From Balanoglossus misakiensis (Eukaryota > Animalia > Hemichordata), in the NCBI GenBank assembly GCA_040954595.2, contig CM082583.2, positions 13,058,987 through 13,122,986 on the forward strand: DNA of 64,000 bases, read 5' to 3'. The number at the start of each line of letters is the position of its first letter. Within the stretch, counting starts at the first letter, position 1. The notes beneath the pieces are model-generated. The model did no database searches and had not been told where the DNA came from. It worked only from the letters and a program-made list of their open reading frames with translations. The position numbers and the translations under genes were made by a program. Positions 27,382 through 38,883 of this stretch are shown here, piece by piece.

Positions 27382-27880
27382 CCACCCGGTCGCACTGTTT
27401 CTACTTCCTAAAGATGACCTTTGGCGCTGACTGGCCGGCCATTCAAGGTGACGAACAAAAAATTATGTTATGCCACAGTCGACTCGCCAATCTTGAACAC
27501 GCGAGGGCCCCCAAATAAAATCGACGTATTGTATTGGGCGTATCTGAAACTTTCAACTAGGCGATAAATGATCGCTTTTCCCGATGTAGTAGTCGGTTGA
27601 GGGACAAGACAAAAGGCGAAAGATACCCCTAGTAATCTTTCCACAAAAAAGGACCGTTTTAGGTAGAAAATGGCGTGTGGTGGTTTACTATTTACTACGG
27701 GGTTCCCATGGCTGGCGATCAGGGGTAAACACAACAAATTGTTTACTAGTAAACAGTGGTAATGACCTTATTTGGTGTGGGTGATCACGTGACACCAGTG
27801 CCACCCAATCAGGCTGAGCTGGCTGCCAGACATCACCCTTGTTGCCATGTGAACTGTTGTTCTTGTTGTGTCTGAACATC
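27382..27880 (-). promoter_or_regulatory. Probable GATAD2 non-coding first exon and promoter
   Basis: Minus-strand donor GTGG|GTAAGT at 27381. CpG-enriched, with YY1-like AAAATGGCG (~27667), E-box ATCACGTGAC (~27784), CCAAT (~27805) and X-box-like GTTGCCATGTGAAC (27841). Confidence 0.5.
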
Positions 27881-30800
27881 TGCTTACATCACAGTTTGTC
27901 AATAATAAATGTATTTACAGCAGGTATGTGTTGATTTATGGATGACATCATAGACTTCGAAGACATACTTCAGTGATTGGGCAAATGCCTTCAATCCTCA
28001 CATGAATCCTTTGTATATGCACAATTATCATAATTGACAGCTTGCCATATGCATTGGCAATGGTTTACTTTCAATTGTCAACAGTTTCTTCCTGCTAGGT
28101 CATTCTGCCCACACAGTTGGAAGATGATATGTTATGATGCCTGGGAAGGAATATCGAATATAAGGCAGTCGTCTTGGCAACGACTTTTTCCAACTAAGAC
28201 TTCTCCATCTACTTCATATTGTATTGCTCAGTTGCCATGTCTACGAGGTTCTCAGAATTAAACATCCTTCATTGAAGTCTGTAATACGAACTCACAACTG
28301 CGACTTAAAATTGAATTAGAGAAAGGTTTACGAAAAACAAAAAAACTTTAAATGGAACTTATATAAGAATGATAAAACAGGATCCTGAAACAAGACTAAG
28401 GACCGAAATGTTTGCAAATAAACATCGTTTCTGAAGAGTTAGTATGGCCATCAGTTTTGCTAAAGTTTAGAATTGACATAAGTTGTATGTAATATGAAGT
28501 TTCCATACCAATTTAGTTGACATACCAGTAGGTAATGCCAATGACATTTAGAGAACCTGGGGATTATTTGTTAACTTCACACTGTCCACTTAATAGTATC
28601 TGTTTGGTAATTCAACTAACCACAACCAATTTTGCAAACTTTGGACAACATATAACAGTAGAGCATGAAACTAAAATAAGCCATTTTTTAAAGACATCTT
28701 GGTATTTCTTATCAGGAGATTACAAATTAACTTTTTCTTCTACAGTTCACATTTAAAAGTCTTGTGAGAATATTTTTTTTACTGGCAGTCAGTGTAATTT
28801 ACAGGAAAATTAATGTTCTGGCAACAGTTTATATTTTATACCACCGTAAAATGGCAAATATTATCATACAAGGTCACTGCAAGACACGAACATTTTGATG
28901 AAGAGAGTAAAATATCCAGAATGGTCATGTCTGGAAATGAGGTCACATGTAAAAAGCAGAATATTGTAGTATTCCTACACTCGCTCGGTCAAGATACTCT
29001 CACACAGACCCAGACAGACAGGCAGACACACACACACACAGATGCTAAACAAGCACTTTAGTACTAATTTGATGGAGATTATTCAGAGGTGTTCCATCAC
29101 ACCCAGATTGTTGGGAGAAATTGCACGCACACCCGGCCAAGCCTTTCTTTGTTTGTATTTAGATTTGCCAGAGCAGGATATTTGCAATCTATTGATATGC
29201 AAATGATATCAAGTGAAACATGCCGTGGTCACATGACCAGCGGCAGCTATCAAGCCCAACAAATTACCCATGATGCTCCTGTGATACTTATGTTGATGAG
29301 TTGTTGGTCACATGACCTCGAGTAACTCCGCCCCTGTACACATCAGTTTGTTTACAAGGTCTTGGCCCACGCTGGTCATGTGACCCGATCCGACATCATT
29401 CTTGTATGTCAATCATAACAACGCATATCAAATTACACTCTTTATTTCATGAGGGCAGGCTCTTTCTCCTTCCGTTTGAAGAACGTTTCTTTTGCATTTC
29501 CCCATAAAACAAATTTCTGCAAAAAGACATCACTGGGGCTAAACAGATTATCTTACCTTCTGGTTACAAGATATCTGCAACTCGTCTACTGCAAAAAGTT
29601 TCCATCTAGTTTACAGTGACAAAGAATCATAGATGAAAGTACGAAGTTCCAACAATATACTATAGTTATGAAAAAATTGTCAATTTTAATCTCATAATTA
29701 CCAAATTTAACATCTAAAACAAATAATACAGACGGCAGCAATAAATATAGGAAAGAACTTGACAGTGATATTCTCAGAGAAAACAATTTTTTCACCAAAA
29801 CGTGGTTATTACGAAAGATTTTTGATTCCCTCTGAATATATGAATTTATTTAGACATAATTAGATTTCAGAAAAGATAACTGTACAAGAAATAAGAACAT
29901 TAAAAAAGTGACACTACGACGTACAGTGCTAAAGCAGACACGTTTTAAATGCTGGAAACACAAGACTGCCTGGGCTAATGGGATTTCTGGTGTGAAAAAC
30001 TTGCCAACTAAAAACATCTATCAAAGCCAGAAAAATGAGTACTGAGCAACTCTATAGGGATCTGCATAGAAATCAAAGTGTAACTTTATTGGCGTTTGAA
30101 TTACCATATATGTGACTATTGTATATGATGGATTGAGAAGGGCGACATCGCCAACGTCATTTTTTCTCTCTTCTCCTTTACTTGTGTTACACATGTATTT
30201 ATATTGGATTTTCTCAACTAGACATGCTTGTTTAAAAGGGGAGGGGGAGGGAGAGAACAAAAACTGCAGTGTCATCTTAGGTTAGGCAACAGTGCATTTG
30301 ACGGCTTCAAAATTAAAGCAAAAGGGCATAACAACTAATCGTTCATCAAAATGTGGTGACATTTACTGATATGCATATAGCTACGACAAGTTTTACATAA
30401 ATTCAAGCATGCATGAGTAGCGATTTTATTGCAAGATCTCATATGTTTGTACTTTTCACAATTTCACAAGTATAAGACATACTACAAAAACAAAGTCTGC
30501 TCCCTCGAAAACATGGGATTGTTTCAAGAGTTCTAATACAGTTGTCTATAATGCCTTATTTGACCCGTGTATAATTTGATTCTTGGAAACAGGTTACTGA
30601 ACCCCACTGACACTTTAGGGGTCAGGGGTCAAATAAAATGATTGGGCCTCAGTGAAAGGTTAGAGGTCAAATCACATTTAAAAGCACGTCAAATCTGTGG
30701 ATATCAGTGTCTAGGGTATTATTTACAAAATCAATCTCAATTCTTCTCTGCAGATAAAATCGTACACAGCTCTCTACTTGTCTGAAAATATATTGAGGAA

Positions 30801-31781
30801 ATCTTGAGAAAATTCCCCACTTTGGTTTCTTAATTGGTCAATTGTTCAAAATGAAAACATAACATTAAAAGTGTCACATTTTCATCACATTGTGTATTCT
30901 ACTGTATTTCACAAATTTTGAAAGACAAAGCAATGTCGGGAAAAAACTGTGAAAGGTGTGAAAGTTGTAGCAAGCAGGGGGTTCTGACAAACATTAGGGG
31001 TCGTGGCAGTCACAAAATGACAAAAATAACAGGGAATTAATTCTTTTTTTCAAAAAGACAATAAGATACCATAATAAAATATACTATTGAATGAGGTCTG
31101 AAAGAGCTAGAGCTAAACACAGTTTTAAAACTACATGATTACAAATGACTGTGTACAACACGAGGAAGAAACACTGTAAAACATATATACAATAAATACA
31201 CTCGTTGTTCCATGCATAATCTTAAATGAAAGTCTATTCATAATAAAGCTTGCTACAATCTCCCCCCCCCCCAGAATCTGGAACATATGAAGCCATGCTA
31301 CCACCCCCTGCCCCACCCCTCCCAGTCACAGTACTACATAAAATGGTATCTACACATCCCCCCCCCCATTCTACATGGAGCCCTGAATACCCCCAAACAC
31401 AGACATTTTTCTTTTCAAGGGCGTATAAATTGACAAGTTCATAAAATCTCTCTCAGTTCACTTGATGCGTGAACTCTGAGTGCTTCTTCAAGAAAAAACT
31501 GCTGAAACGACATCTACCAAAGAACGAAAAAAAGAACACTGTCTTGAATTCTAGTTATTTGCTATGAGCCTGTACTGGGACAAATATACACACAGTTCTG
31601 AATTTCAAAAGTTTGGAATAAAAATCAAGATTCGTCTGAGAGGCAAGTATTGGATATTTACAAGAAAACAGATTCTGCTGAAGAGATTTGATGCGAGTCT
31701 TTACAACAGACAAAATGTTGCCAGGATCTGACGGTGTCTTACAACAGACAGAAGAGTTGGAAGAATCGCTGGGTTTTGTTT

Positions 31782-33480
31782 CTACAACAAACTTGCGCTT
31801 GCCCCTTCCGGTGGAGTCTGTACAGGACATGGCCCTTCCGTCCACTGTGAAAGAAACATGAAAATAACAGATGATATGACAGCTACATGGACGTGCTGAT
31901 GTACAGATGACTTGACCAGTGAACAATGAACAGTCAAATATTTCTGATCCAAATTTGACTACGTTGGACTACTGACCTGTATGAGATTGTGTTCTGTCAG
32001 CTGCGAAGACTGGAAATGATCCTTGAGCAACTGTGATGAGAAAGTGGTGTGCATCTGGTAGCCTTCATTCTCTCGGACTGGATCTCCACTCAACTGGTAC
32101 AAATCTGGGCATGGATCACAAATATCAACAATTACAACACTGTTTACAGAAGAAAACAACTATACGCATCAACATCGTTTTAATGGCACCTTGCTGTGAT
32201 TACGAGACCATTCCTTTACCTTTTAGCAATGCAGAAGCCCAGAGCTGCACGTGGACATCTGGTATTTTGCTGGCCAGCTGCATGGCCGGCATTACCATAT
32301 TCATACTCTCCTGGAACAAAAAACACACAAATTTTGTGTTACATACGTGCTTCATGTTGTAACTTGCCCCTATCAAGGCATCCCTAGCTGGATGATAATC
32401 ACTCACATCAGACACCCCAGGTGGGTGATACTTTTCAAGCTCGGAGGAAATGAAACAAAGATTTGAAATCATCACACAGCAACTCACCCTCGTATTGCCC
32501 AGTGATAAAAATATATGTCCTAAGAGCACTAACGAACAGGCTGTCAATCTGTTCAAGTCTTCTGTGTTTGACATTTTTAATGTTTCACGCAAATACCTCC
32601 TGCGAGAAAAAAATCAAGTCATCAGATCAATTGGAAGGCAGATAACTAAGGATTAGTAAACCAAGTAAAATCTCAATAGATTGACCTTCAAATCTACAAG
32701 AGATCTAAAACAATTTCAAATAGTTACTTACTTGGCTTCATTGTATCTAGTCTGAAAGAATGACTGAAGTCCTTTCACATAATATGCTGCTGCTCGAAGG
32801 CTGTGTGAACTCGTCTGTACATTCTCAGGTGTAATTCTCTCTAACAGAGTCAATGCCTGGTTAACCAAAAATTCAGAGACAGTGGAGTTAAAAAAAATTA
32901 TTTATTCAAGGTATACCAGTCATCGATGCAAATGTAGCCACAAGTTACCACTTGGGTGACTCAGAAGACTTTTAATCATATATGAGCATGAATAAATTAG
33001 AGATGATTGACAGCCGTACAAGACTCACCTCTTGTTGCCTGTTTCCACACCTGAGATAAACAATAGCTAAGTTTAACGATATAAAAATCCACAGCTCCGT
33101 CTGCGTTGTTAACTGAAATCAGAACAGAATTAAATCAAAGTGTTATTAGCATATATTAAGACAAACACAACATTGCGTGTAATGTACAACTGTTAGAATA
33201 GGGCACGAAGAAACCCTGGAGACACTGTGACTCTATTGCAGAAAAGGTAGGAGAATGTACTCACCCTACGAGCTGTGTTGAACTGTGCCTCAGCACTCTC
33301 CATGCAATTCATGGACATTGAATAGAGACCTAGTAGTGTGTGAAGCTGTGCTCCGTGTGTTGTAAATAACTTGGGCTGCTGTTGACATACCTGACACGCC
33401 TGGGAAATCTAGATCAGAAAAAAAAAATATTTCATGTAATGTTTATTAGCATTGATTATAAAAGCAACTTCAGGGAAAAG

Positions 33481-33523
<43 letters not shown>

Positions 33524-36500
33524 GTCAGTCAATCAGTCAGTCAGTAAGTCATACAGACAGACAATGAGTCAGTCAACTCACCTCTTGTATTGCCAGCGAC
33601 TTGTTTCCCATGACTAACCTACACATGATGATGTGTTCTAACAACATGAGTTGAAATGCTGATAAAATTGGATGGGAGTCTAGAATCTTTAGTTTGCCGA
33701 TCTGGAGTAAGGCTTTGTCTGTGTACTTCTGCGCTTTGTCCATGTAGCCGGCCTGCATTGAATGCATCACTGTCACCTGCAAGAAACAAAACCCAGAACG
33801 TGGATGCTGACATCTAGTTCCTGCTGCAATGCAATTACAAAATACACATAGGATGAAATGTGCATGAATACATGAACATTCCATTAGGAAAAAGAATCTT
33901 ACCAAGTATACAAGCACACACATATGTTCTTTCGGTAACCAATGAAAAAGATCAGCCGGGTTACTTGAGAGTGGCTCTGAAAGTAAAAGGAACATGTACG
34001 TGAAGATGAGGATAATTAGTCTGTGACGTGTTTTTTTCGTCAAATCAATCTTCAAGTGGTTGTCACTATAGACTAGGCTGGTGAGACACTTACCATCGTC
34101 TGAATGTAAGACTGTTATCGTCTGAATTGATTGTTGTAGCTGTTTCAGACATGGTTTGACACTTTTGACCTGAAAAAATATACAAAACAGTGCCTTAGGT
34201 TATAAAATGTCATTATACATCAGACAACCCCAAGAGTTTTAGGTTTCATTGCATAAGCCATAGTATAGACATGTTACTGTATTCTGCTAGTACTAAATAT
34301 TTGGTCGAGACTGATACACTGAAAAGAGAAACACTGTGGCAGTAACACCACTAGGAATGCCAAAGTGAATATCTCACCTGGCCAGCCACGAGAAAATGGC
34401 AAACTTGTAATATGAGAAAGAACACTTTGAGAGATTCCTGGTGTGTGGGATTGCCGGTAAATGATTCTATAAGGGTACCGCAGAACGACAAGACTTGGTG
34501 CACTTCTGTCAGCTTCTTTTCAAGAAGCAAAAGCTGGTTGATAAAGAGAAAAAAAATTAAGTGAATATTACTCCAATTAGACATCTTCAAAGCTTTGTCA
34601 ATGTATGCAAATTTATGCACATGAAATCAAAACATCAGCAGACCATGAATTGTCCTTGCCAATCAATTGTTTTGACAAAGTACTTACCATTCCCCTACTG
34701 AGAAGAAACAGACACCTTGTGTATTCTGAGCCAGCCATTGCAGCATAGTCGGCGCCCAGACCCAGTAACTCACACGCTGAAATGTAGTCTGTCTCAAACG
34801 TATGGATTTGCTGTTTACAAAAACAAAAAAAGGCAATTTCAGTTAATGTGAGGGGTGAGATACAATTACGGACTAAACTAAATTTTATCTTAATTTGATC
34901 TGTTTACGCTGCCAATATATGGCAAATATGATGCATGAGGAAAGCATGCATCCACACAGATTGCATGCAACAAGAAGAAAGTAATCTCACATCATAGACT
35001 AGACAGTTACTTACCGCTAATTGAAACAGAAGTCTACAGTGCCAATAGGCTGACTGTTGAGACACTCCTATCGCTTTTCTAAGCACTGGTTTTGCTAGGT
35101 GAAGTTGATTCTGTCAAGTCAAACACAAAGTAACACATCACCATCTTGTATAATAACATAAGTTGGCTTTTTCATTGGCTCCTGTGATTTTTGTCCTCTA
35201 CCATTAAGTTGGTAGGCTCATGTGATCACTTATTAGGCAGATATAAGAATGAAATTTCAAGGAAGATGTGGGTTTTTTTCACACTTACCGCTTGTTGATA
35301 GATTTCTGCAAGAACACTGGATGCTTCAAATTTGATATCGTCAAGTGAATTGGGCTGGATCTTTCATTGTTAAGGAAATGTGTGCATTGACAGGACAGTG
35401 GTAGAAAAATAGTGCAATTTGACATTCAAATTGCATAAGTGGATGTGAACATTATTTCAAACCTTGATGATCCAATGATCATGTTGTTGGCAAGGCATAC
35501 CTTCCAAAATATGATCTGTTCAACCGTACCTCAAGCATCAAAACAATTTAAACTGATCCCATTTGATATTTACCAGAGACAGGTAACTGCCTATGATTTT
35601 ATATGAAAATTAAATCATAACGTCGGTAGAATCTAATCCAAATCTCTACTGAACCGACAATGGACGGATTTTTTTCTGGAACAAAAAATATCCAGATGAA
35701 AGGGCGCCCTCAAAACAGGGAAAGGTGACATTCTGCCTTAGCATACTCATTATAGTATGTTTACCTCTTGAAATGTGACATATTACCACATATTTTGGTT
35801 CAGCACCGTTGGTTTTCACCAGAAAATGTGGAATATGTACATTTAAGATGGGATGCATCGATGCTACGGTTCAGAAAAACGCATTTATCCCAGGAATCAA
35901 AAGAAATAAGAAACGAAAAGCCTACAACTATAGTATTAGGACTGCAACATACATGTGTACACATCCAATCCAAATTAGTAATCCAAATTAATTATATTAA
36001 TTCTATAACTGAAAAACTGATATTACATTAAATATACGGAGACGTATTTCGGCGACACTTGCATCGGCTACAATTAAATGGGGAGATATGATTAATAATT
36101 TATGAAGGGTAATACAACTTAAAAGGACATACATTTTGGTATTTTTATTTTTGGAAAGGGGGAGGACAATATGCCTTCAAATAAGGATTGGTCCGTAACA
36201 TCGTTCTCTCGTCCGATTGGACAGTAGGGTTTACGCGTATAACCTAAAAATATTTGGGGGTGACTGAACAACGCTTTCGATTATGTCATAGATCAATTGA
36301 GGACTATTACAAACAACCATATTTACGGCGTGCGCCTTGTTCCTCTACTTCACGCTCGATCGACACAACACGACTGACCGGCAGTCACTCAAAAAGGATA
36401 CAGTTTGCGAAAGCATCCACTGAAAATAAAGAAATACAAATTTATGAGATCGATTTCAAATGTCTTTGATGGTACAATCGCGAAATCAGAATAAAAATTT

Positions 36501-36768
36501 CGTTGATAATACTCGACATACTCACCGCTTTTTCGAGATGCGACCTTGCCAAATCTATGTTTTTGGTATGTGTGAACAATAACGTTCCCAGTTGGACGTG
36601 AGTTCGAGCTTCTATGTGAGGCGGCGGCTTGAACTGAAATATCGATTCTAGACAGTGAATGCATAACTTGATTTTTGGGGGACTAGCAGTCCTGAAAGCT
36701 TCAGCAAGGCCAAGTAAAGACAGATACCACGAATCGTTCTGTTGGATAGGAGGTATAACAGCCGCCAT
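31782..36768 (-). CDS. MAU2: MAU2/SCC4 cohesin loader subunit
   Basis: [40 protein letters not shown]|WMLSQT|...[69 protein letters not shown]; ends [20 protein letters not shown] (compare human ...SLASLL*). Exons thread in phase. Confidence 0.96.
33481..33545 (+). repeat. (TCAA)n/(TCAG)n compound microsatellite in a MAU2 intron
   Basis: About 10 TCAA units followed by TCAG units. Confidence 0.9.
35361..36401 (-). other. U12-type (minor spliceosome) GT-AG intron of MAU2
   Basis: 5' splice site GTATCCTTT at 36401. Branch site TTCCTTAAC at ~35377-35369, just upstream of the acceptor. No polypyrimidine tract. Confidence 0.9.
36402..36419 (-). CDS. MAU2: 18-nt MAU2 micro-exon (WMLSQT)
   Basis: TTTATTTTCAG|TGG ATG CTT TCG CAA ACT|GTATCC. 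It fills the gap corresponding to human WLISQQ. Confidence 0.9.
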
Positions 36769-36971
36769 CTTGCTTTCTTGCACCCATTAAACTCTCGCGG
36801 TGGTTCTCGCGTGAGAAATGCATCATACCGCCACCACCCGGGTACTGCTGTTTTAGAAATTCTACTTTTGTTTTTATTAGATATCTTTACCATTTATGTA
36901 GTCAATTGTTTTTGTTTTGCTTTCTTTCATTTTGTTTTGTATTTTGACACATAAAGAGTCTACTAAACAAG

Positions 36972-38883
36972 TAATGACAATGAATTTATTAATGACACGT
37001 ACCGCCCACAAGCAACGGCTGTGTTTTTCGACTGTGACGTCAATAATGAATACGTTCTCACCGTAATACATCAACGATGGAATGATATTGTGTGTAAATT
37101 ATTTTTAGGTAAAAATGTTTAAAATTTTCGCCAGTTTTTATAATTATTCGTGCCCTTGTGTAGTAAGGCTGATAAAATGTAATAACCATACTAGCAATCG
37201 GAATATATTTTCAAAAGTTTTGGAAAATATACCTAACAGACTTGTCCGAATAGGTGAAAGAAATATCGACAGTGTAAAAAACATGCGAATAAGAGAAGCT
37301 TATTCGGTAAGTACGTGCATGAAAATGTAGTAGTATATTTTTAAATGAAATAAGAAATTGCGAGATTTTTTCAAGATTTTTTAAATCAACACAATTATTT
37401 CTCGACCGGTTTGTTAAATCAGTGGTTAAAATACATCTGGCTGTTCTCTGAATACAAATAATATATGTATGATCTAGCCTGTAAGATTACACTGATATGC
37501 GTATATTTTTTACAGCATAATGGAGCAATAAACCGCAATATGTGATCGTATGTTCACAACGTTCGATCCGTACGTGACAAAATGACTCAGTTTGAGAAAA
37601 TAAAATATTAGGGTTAGGGTTAGGGAAAATGACGTAGACACAACTACACTCAGTGTGTTTTTTACCAGGCGATATTTGATGATTTTTAAAAAGAAGAACA
37701 CGCACATATAGTAAAACGAAGAACATTTGAAAAGTGGCCGGCCATTTTGAGACGACAAAAATGAATCACGCCGTGCTTAAAACCAAATCGCCGGAGGAGG
37801 TCGAGCGCCTTTCAAAAGACCACCAATTTGCTGTCACGTGATCCCCGTTCATGTAATGATTTCGAAATATCGCTTCAGATAATACACATATGCCATTGTG
37901 ATCACGTGTTCATAAATTGACAGATAGAAGTACGTTTTCCAGGTCACATCTTTTGAATACGTGCGTTCTTGAAAAGTAAATCCCTTTCTCTCTCTCCTCC
38001 ATGCGCGTATGTTTGCCCATCTCCATCGCTGCCTTTGTATTTCTCTCTCTCACCATCCCTCACTCCGTCGCTCATCTCTCTCTCTGTCTCTCAGTGTTTG
38101 CCACGTTTCAATATCTCTCTATTTTCTCTTTGTCTACCCCTATCTCTCTAGCTGTCTCTGCCTTGCTGTTAATTTCCCCGATAATATCTAGCTCTGTCGC
38201 TGTCATTTCTGTGTGTCATGTCTGTCTGCTCGTCTGTCCGTCTATATACCCGCCTGTCTGACTTTTTCCCCCTGCCCCCGTGCCACCATCTCCATCTTCA
38301 TCTCCCATTATCTCCGTCTCATTGTCTCCAAATACTGACCCTGTGTCTGCGTATTTGGGTCTCCATATGTCACTCTCACGTGACTCGCTCTCAATCTCCA
38401 TCTTCAAATGTCTCTCCGTTGTCACAACTGACTGAGACCTTAGGCGACCTTTTCGCCCTTGTCTGGTTTTTCTTGTTCACTCCAACTTTCTGTCTCTTCC
38501 CACCTTCTCTTTCCAAGGCGGCTGACTTGACACTCGCACTGAGAGGGTTTTCCATTGCATCCGAAGAATATTGGGAGAGTCTTGCACGCGTGAAAGAAGT
38601 CGCGTGCCAAAACCAGGATACAACCTGGGAGAAACTTGACCACTTGTTGGAAGACCTGGACGTTTCAGTCCATCTACTCCTTGACCAACAACAACATATG
38701 ACCAATGAGGGCGTGGCACGCGCGCTGTCGCACAAAAGGGCACTGTTGCCGTGCTTTTGTCGCCAGAAATCTTTGCTCGAAGCGCATGCGGTTTATTCGA
38801 AAGCATTGGTTTCTAGAATAAGTGAAACCAGCCAATTATTGTGTAAAATGCGATCAGATCTCGTAAACATTAGCGACGTTTAA
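36972..38883 (+). CDS. Candidate uncharacterised alpha-helical protein, at least 3 exons (36972-37108, 37218-37306, 38518-38883); start codon not located
   Basis: Phase-compatible junctions TTA G|gtaaaa...ttcaaaag|TT TTG and TAT TCG|gtaagt...ctctttccaag|GCG GCT give ~195 continuous codons. The last exon follows a long pyrimidine tract and has protein-like composition. Confidence 0.45.
37608..37625 (+). repeat. Interstitial (TTAGGG)3
   Basis: Three perfect telomeric hexamers. Confidence 0.85.
37980..38510 (+). repeat. CT-rich low-complexity tract (intronic in the candidate gene)
   Basis: Degenerate TCTC/TGTC repeats. They account for several short overlapping ORFs in the track. Confidence 0.7.

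Noticed and set aside
37761-37841. Short ORF MNHAVLKTKSPEEVERLSK... resembling the IRSp53/IRTKS N-terminus
   Set aside because: It stops after 26 codons and has no convincing donor to join the 38518 exon; the resemblance may be chance.
38218-38517. N-terminal 100 codons of ORF 38218-38883
   Set aside because: CT-rich intronic low-complexity sequence that lacks stops because of its composition.
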